This document shows positions 34,914 through 37,791 of a DNA stretch of 37,791 nt, piece after piece (position 1 is the stretch's first letter; every line of letters begins with the position of its first letter). A program made the translations under genes and the position numbers. The stretch covers positions 1 to 37,791 of the IMG/VR virus record IMGVR_UViG_3300030397_000235; one strand, written 5' to 3'. Source of the DNA: a virus (lineage: Duplodnaviria > Caudoviricetes). The notes under the pieces were generated by a model. The model did no database searches and was not told the origin of the DNA. It saw only the letters and a list, made by a program, of their open reading frames with translations.

Positions 34914-36685
34914 TAGATTTCCACCGCTTCAATCTTTGCGTGCCAGATAGTGTTCGTAGCAGCGCCAGGAGTAACACGCACAGTCACAGAAGTTGTTGTA
35001 ATCTCGAGAGTGATAGTCGGCACTGCAATACCGTCAAGCACAATGTTATCGAACGTGATGGTAGCATCCGTCGTCGTGTTATTACGCAACCGAATACCGG
35101 TTGTGTTATCACGCTCGACCATTGCCATACGACCGTCAATATCAGCCGCACCAGTTGGCAACGCAGCGACACCACCAGAGAATCCGTTTGCACCAAGCTT
35201 AGCCACAACCATACACTTGATTGCGTAGGTCGTGTTAATCGGAATTTCAAGCTTCAGAATATCAGTCTTCGACGTGGACGTAGTACGCACCATGCCGGCA
35301 ACTTCAAACGTGTAGCCGTAGTTATTCTCCGAAGCCAAGCGAGTAGTGCGACGGTGCTCACTGCTCATGCTGATAACGCTATCCCGACCATGTGTCGAGA
35401 AGAACTCAAGACCAGCATTCACAGTGTGGCTTACACCGAAAGTTGAGCCAAACGAACCGTCAATATCGTTGTTCGAGCCTGCAACAAAGTTACAGACCGC
35501 ATTCATATCAGTCTGGTTTGCACCGAGCTGGTTGCGGAAGCCAAAGACATTGGAACCACCACTGTAGACTGTGTTGTAGCCACCGATGACATTTGCCCAA
35601 CCGTAGTAGTATTGCTCGTACGCATACGCAGTAGGAGCATAGAGATATCCACGCCAGCTAACAGTGTTCTGCGGCCCAAAGATAACACCACCACTTTGAT
35701 AAACGTAGTAGGTGCCACTGTAGGTGCCGAACGCCTTAGTAAACTGGAAGTCTTCAGTGATAGTCTCACCGGCAATGAACCAAGGTCCATAGCCAAGGTG
35801 CGAGACTTGAGTAATACTCTGCCCAAAGAACTGCGAGTTATCGCAGTTGAGAGTAGTGATGTTCCGACCAAAAGCCGTGAGTTGATTGTCACCGTGGAGA
35901 GTAATATCGCGACCAAAGGCGAAGCTGTTATCACCTGGCGCAGTAGAACCATCACCTTGGGCGAGTGAGTTCTCACCACCAGCGAGCGGAGCAACGGTTC
36001 CTTTACCAATACCTGCATTTGTGCCCGCGCCGTCAGAAAAGAATCCTCCGCCGCCACCACCGCCACCTGAGAGGTCGAGCGTAACCGAGCCGCCGGTGTT
36101 ATCAGTGAGCTTCGTATTGTCTACGATAATCTCATTGACACCAGCAACGTTTGGATCGTTATCCTGCTCCCTCACAGTCAGAACACCAGCAATAGCATTC
36201 TGACTGATGCGCAGAGTCATAACTTGTGCGCCGCCCGACATAGTGTCAAGCACGTTCGTGCCGAGACGACGCACACGGATGCGGAAGTTTTCACCAGACT
36301 GGAGGCCATCGATTTGAGCATCACTGAATGTAAACAGTGCGTTTTGGATCTGACCCGAGATGCCTGGGGCTGTTGAAGCCACCAGGATCTCAGTGCCCCA
36401 CGTCGGGGCGTCGTCAATATCCACTCCAGCCTGATCGAGCCGTTCGAAACTAATACCCCAGTAAGCATCTCCTGAGGTAGCAGACTCGGCCACCCACGGA
36501 AGCAAAATCGTGAGACCCGCTCCCTGATATGCTTCAGGGAGTTGGTTCGTGTAGATTGCTTCCGAGTCTACTGACTCTGCGAACTGCACCAGACGGTGGC
36601 TATTACGGCGAGCGTAACGAGCCGGCGTCGCGATGCTGGCAAGCTCAGCAGACAGTGGTGGAAATGTTAAAAGGGTACTAGGCAT
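34913..36685 (-). CDS. Tail fibre/spike-like protein
   Basis: Poly-Gly linker followed by YadA-head-like beta-roll repeats (NSLAQG, NSFAFG, SNVFG, NFVAG). Confidence 0.7.
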   Translation of the reverse strand: MPSTLLTFPPLSAELASIATPARYARRNSHRLVQFAESVDSEAIYTNQLPEAYQGAGLTILLPWVAESATSGDAYWGISFERLDQAGVDIDDAPTWGTEILVASTAPGISGQIQNALFTFSDAQIDGLQSGENFRIRVRRLGTNVLDTMSGGAQVMTLRISQNAIAGVLTVREQDNDPNVAGVNEIIVDNTKLTDNTGGSVTLDLSGGGGGGGGFFSDGAGTNAGIGKGTVAPLAGGENSLAQGDGSTAPGDNSFAFGRDITLHGDNQLTAFGRNITTLNCDNSQFFGQSITQVSHLGYGPWFIAGETITEDFQFTKAFGTYSGTYYVYQSGGVIFGPQNTVSWRGYLYAPTAYAYEQYYYGWANVIGGYNTVYSGGSNVFGFRNQLGANQTDMNAVCNFVAGSNNDIDGSFGSTFGVSHTVNAGLEFFSTHGRDSVISMSSEHRRTTRLASENNYGYTFEVAGMVRTTSTSKTDILKLEIPINTTYAIKCMVVAKLGANGFSGGVAALPTGAADIDGRMAMVERDNTTGIRLRNNTTTDATITFDNIVLDGIAVPTITLEITTTSVTVRVTPGAATNTIWHAKIEAVEI

Positions 36686-36688
36686 AGA

Positions 36689-37258
36689 TTAGGCCGCGGT
36701 AACGGTGTAAGTAACCTTGAGAATGTCCGAGATCGCCACAGGAATCGGCGAGACGAACAACGCGGTAGCCCAGAGAACACCCGTGGTGCCACCCTTAGTG
36801 CTGCTGCTCGTGAGGAACAGACCTTGCAACGTGCCAGCACTGGAGATCGTGAATGTGATCGGGGTGCTGTTCGTGATCGACTGACCCGATGCCGCATCCT
36901 CAGCCCAGTCAACACGAGTACCTTCACTGTAGCCAGTGAACTCGATCCAGCCCGGGTGAGACGCCATGGTGTCAGTATCAGCGAGCGCGCTGAAGCTGGC
37001 GTTATCGATGATCGCAACATACCAGGGGTTGACCGCGGCTAACGCATTGAATGTAACGTTAAGCCAGTGGTCTTTACCTTCGTTGGTAACACCATTCGGA
37101 ACACGATACGTGCCCTTCTTGTTACCGTCTTTGTCATAGTGCTCGACGGTAAAGATACCACGAGCTGCACCCTTCGATGCTACCATCGGGGCACCTCCTC
37201 GGATGACTTGGGCCCGCGCCGCAACCGAAGCCTTAGCGCTTGTATTCGCTCCAGACAT
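36689..37258 (-). CDS. Putative tail protein
   Basis: RBS AAGGAG, Thr/Gly/Ser-rich beta protein, first gene after the probable tape measure. Confidence 0.75.
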   Translation of the reverse strand: MSGANTSAKASVAARAQVIRGGAPMVASKGAARGIFTVEHYDKDGNKKGTYRVPNGVTNEGKDHWLNVTFNALAAVNPWYVAIIDNASFSALADTDTMASHPGWIEFTGYSEGTRVDWAEDAASGQSITNSTPITFTISSAGTLQGLFLTSSSTKGGTTGVLWATALFVSPIPVAISDILKVTYTVTAA

Positions 37259-37268
37259 TTAATTCTCC

Positions 37269-37791
37269 TTATTGACGGTTGCGAACTCGGTTCGCACCTT
37301 GCCTGTTCAAACGGACAGTTTGCTTCTGAACCTCAGAGGCAACTGCTCTTGCGACCTGTTGACCGTCCAGCTCGCTTGTAACATTACTCTCAACAGTTAG
37401 ATTGACAGTGACCTGACCTTCACCAAAGCCAAGACCGGGAGCAATCCGACCGAGCGGACTAACCTGCGCAACCTCGATACGGTTCCGTGGACGTGTCGAT
37501 CCAATACCACGCTCTTCAAGCGAACGCTGACGTCGAGCACCAAGTGCCCGCACGAACGGATCACGTGATTGTAGCGGGTCGAACGGAGCATTACGAATCG
37601 GACCAGTCACCCCTTGAGCACGCAGTGCCTGCAGCCGTCGCAGCTCAGCTTGAGCCTGAGCTTCACCAGGGAAGAGTGGGTTTGCACCAATCGTCTGGCC
37701 GTTAATACGTCCAGTGCCGGGTGCAGGAAGACCAGCAGCTTCGGCCGCAGCAGCTTCGGCACCCTCGCGTGGAAGGTTCTTAATAGCATCA
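37269..37791 (-). CDS. C-terminal part of a long gene, probably the tape measure protein
   Basis: The frame of the 37269-37610 ORF stays open to the window end (DAIKNLPREGAEAAAAEAAG...). C-terminal VTVNLTV...LDGQQVARAV is typical of TMP ends. Confidence 0.6.
   Translation of the reverse strand, partial: DAIKNLPREGAEAAAAEAAGLPAPGTGRINGQTIGANPLFPGEAQAQAELRRLQALRAQGVTGPIRNAPFDPLQSRDPFVRALGARRQRSLEERGIGSTRPRNRIEVAQVSPLGRIAPGLGFGEGQVTVNLTVESNVTSELDGQQVARAVASEVQKQTVRLNRQGANRVRNRQ

Noticed and set aside
37269-37610. Stand-alone 113-aa gene
   Set aside because: The frame is open to the window end, so it is the tail of a longer gene
1-37791. CRISPR array, integrase/att site, IS element, reverse transcriptase/DGR, stop-codon recoding
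   Set aside because: No regularly spaced repeats, recombinase or RT motifs were seen, and genes tile densely under the standard code

Overview
The window looks like a fragment of an uncharacterised tailed dsDNA phage, probably the start of a virome contig, because nt 1-17 match a random-amplification primer. There are three transcription blocks. (1) A leftward replication/regulation operon (about 14.9 kb to 1) encodes two ParB-like proteins, a dense cluster of structured RNA elements including a tRNA with an AUC anticodon, a putative SSB, a degenerate ThyX-like protein, an SNF2-type helicase and a family A DNA polymerase (both with CxxCxGxG-type zinc-finger inserts), VRR-NUC, NYN, a C39-like peptidase, a sigma-70-like factor and an ATP-dependent ligase. 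(2) A rightward operon (15350-21206) encodes a primase-helicase, MazG-like and DUF5664-like pyrophosphatases, a Dam-family methylase, an NDT-like protein and a DEDDh exonuclease. The divergent gap between blocks 1 and 2 holds a DnaA-box cluster and several palindromes. (3) A leftward late operon (window end to 21157) encodes a probable tape-measure C-terminus, tail proteins, a sulfotransferase embedded among tail genes, small possible lysis genes and a glycosyltransferase/methyltransferase/PRTase-HAD cluster. All calls come from motif reading by eye and no database search was run. Several starts were reassigned using RBS and stop/start overlaps.
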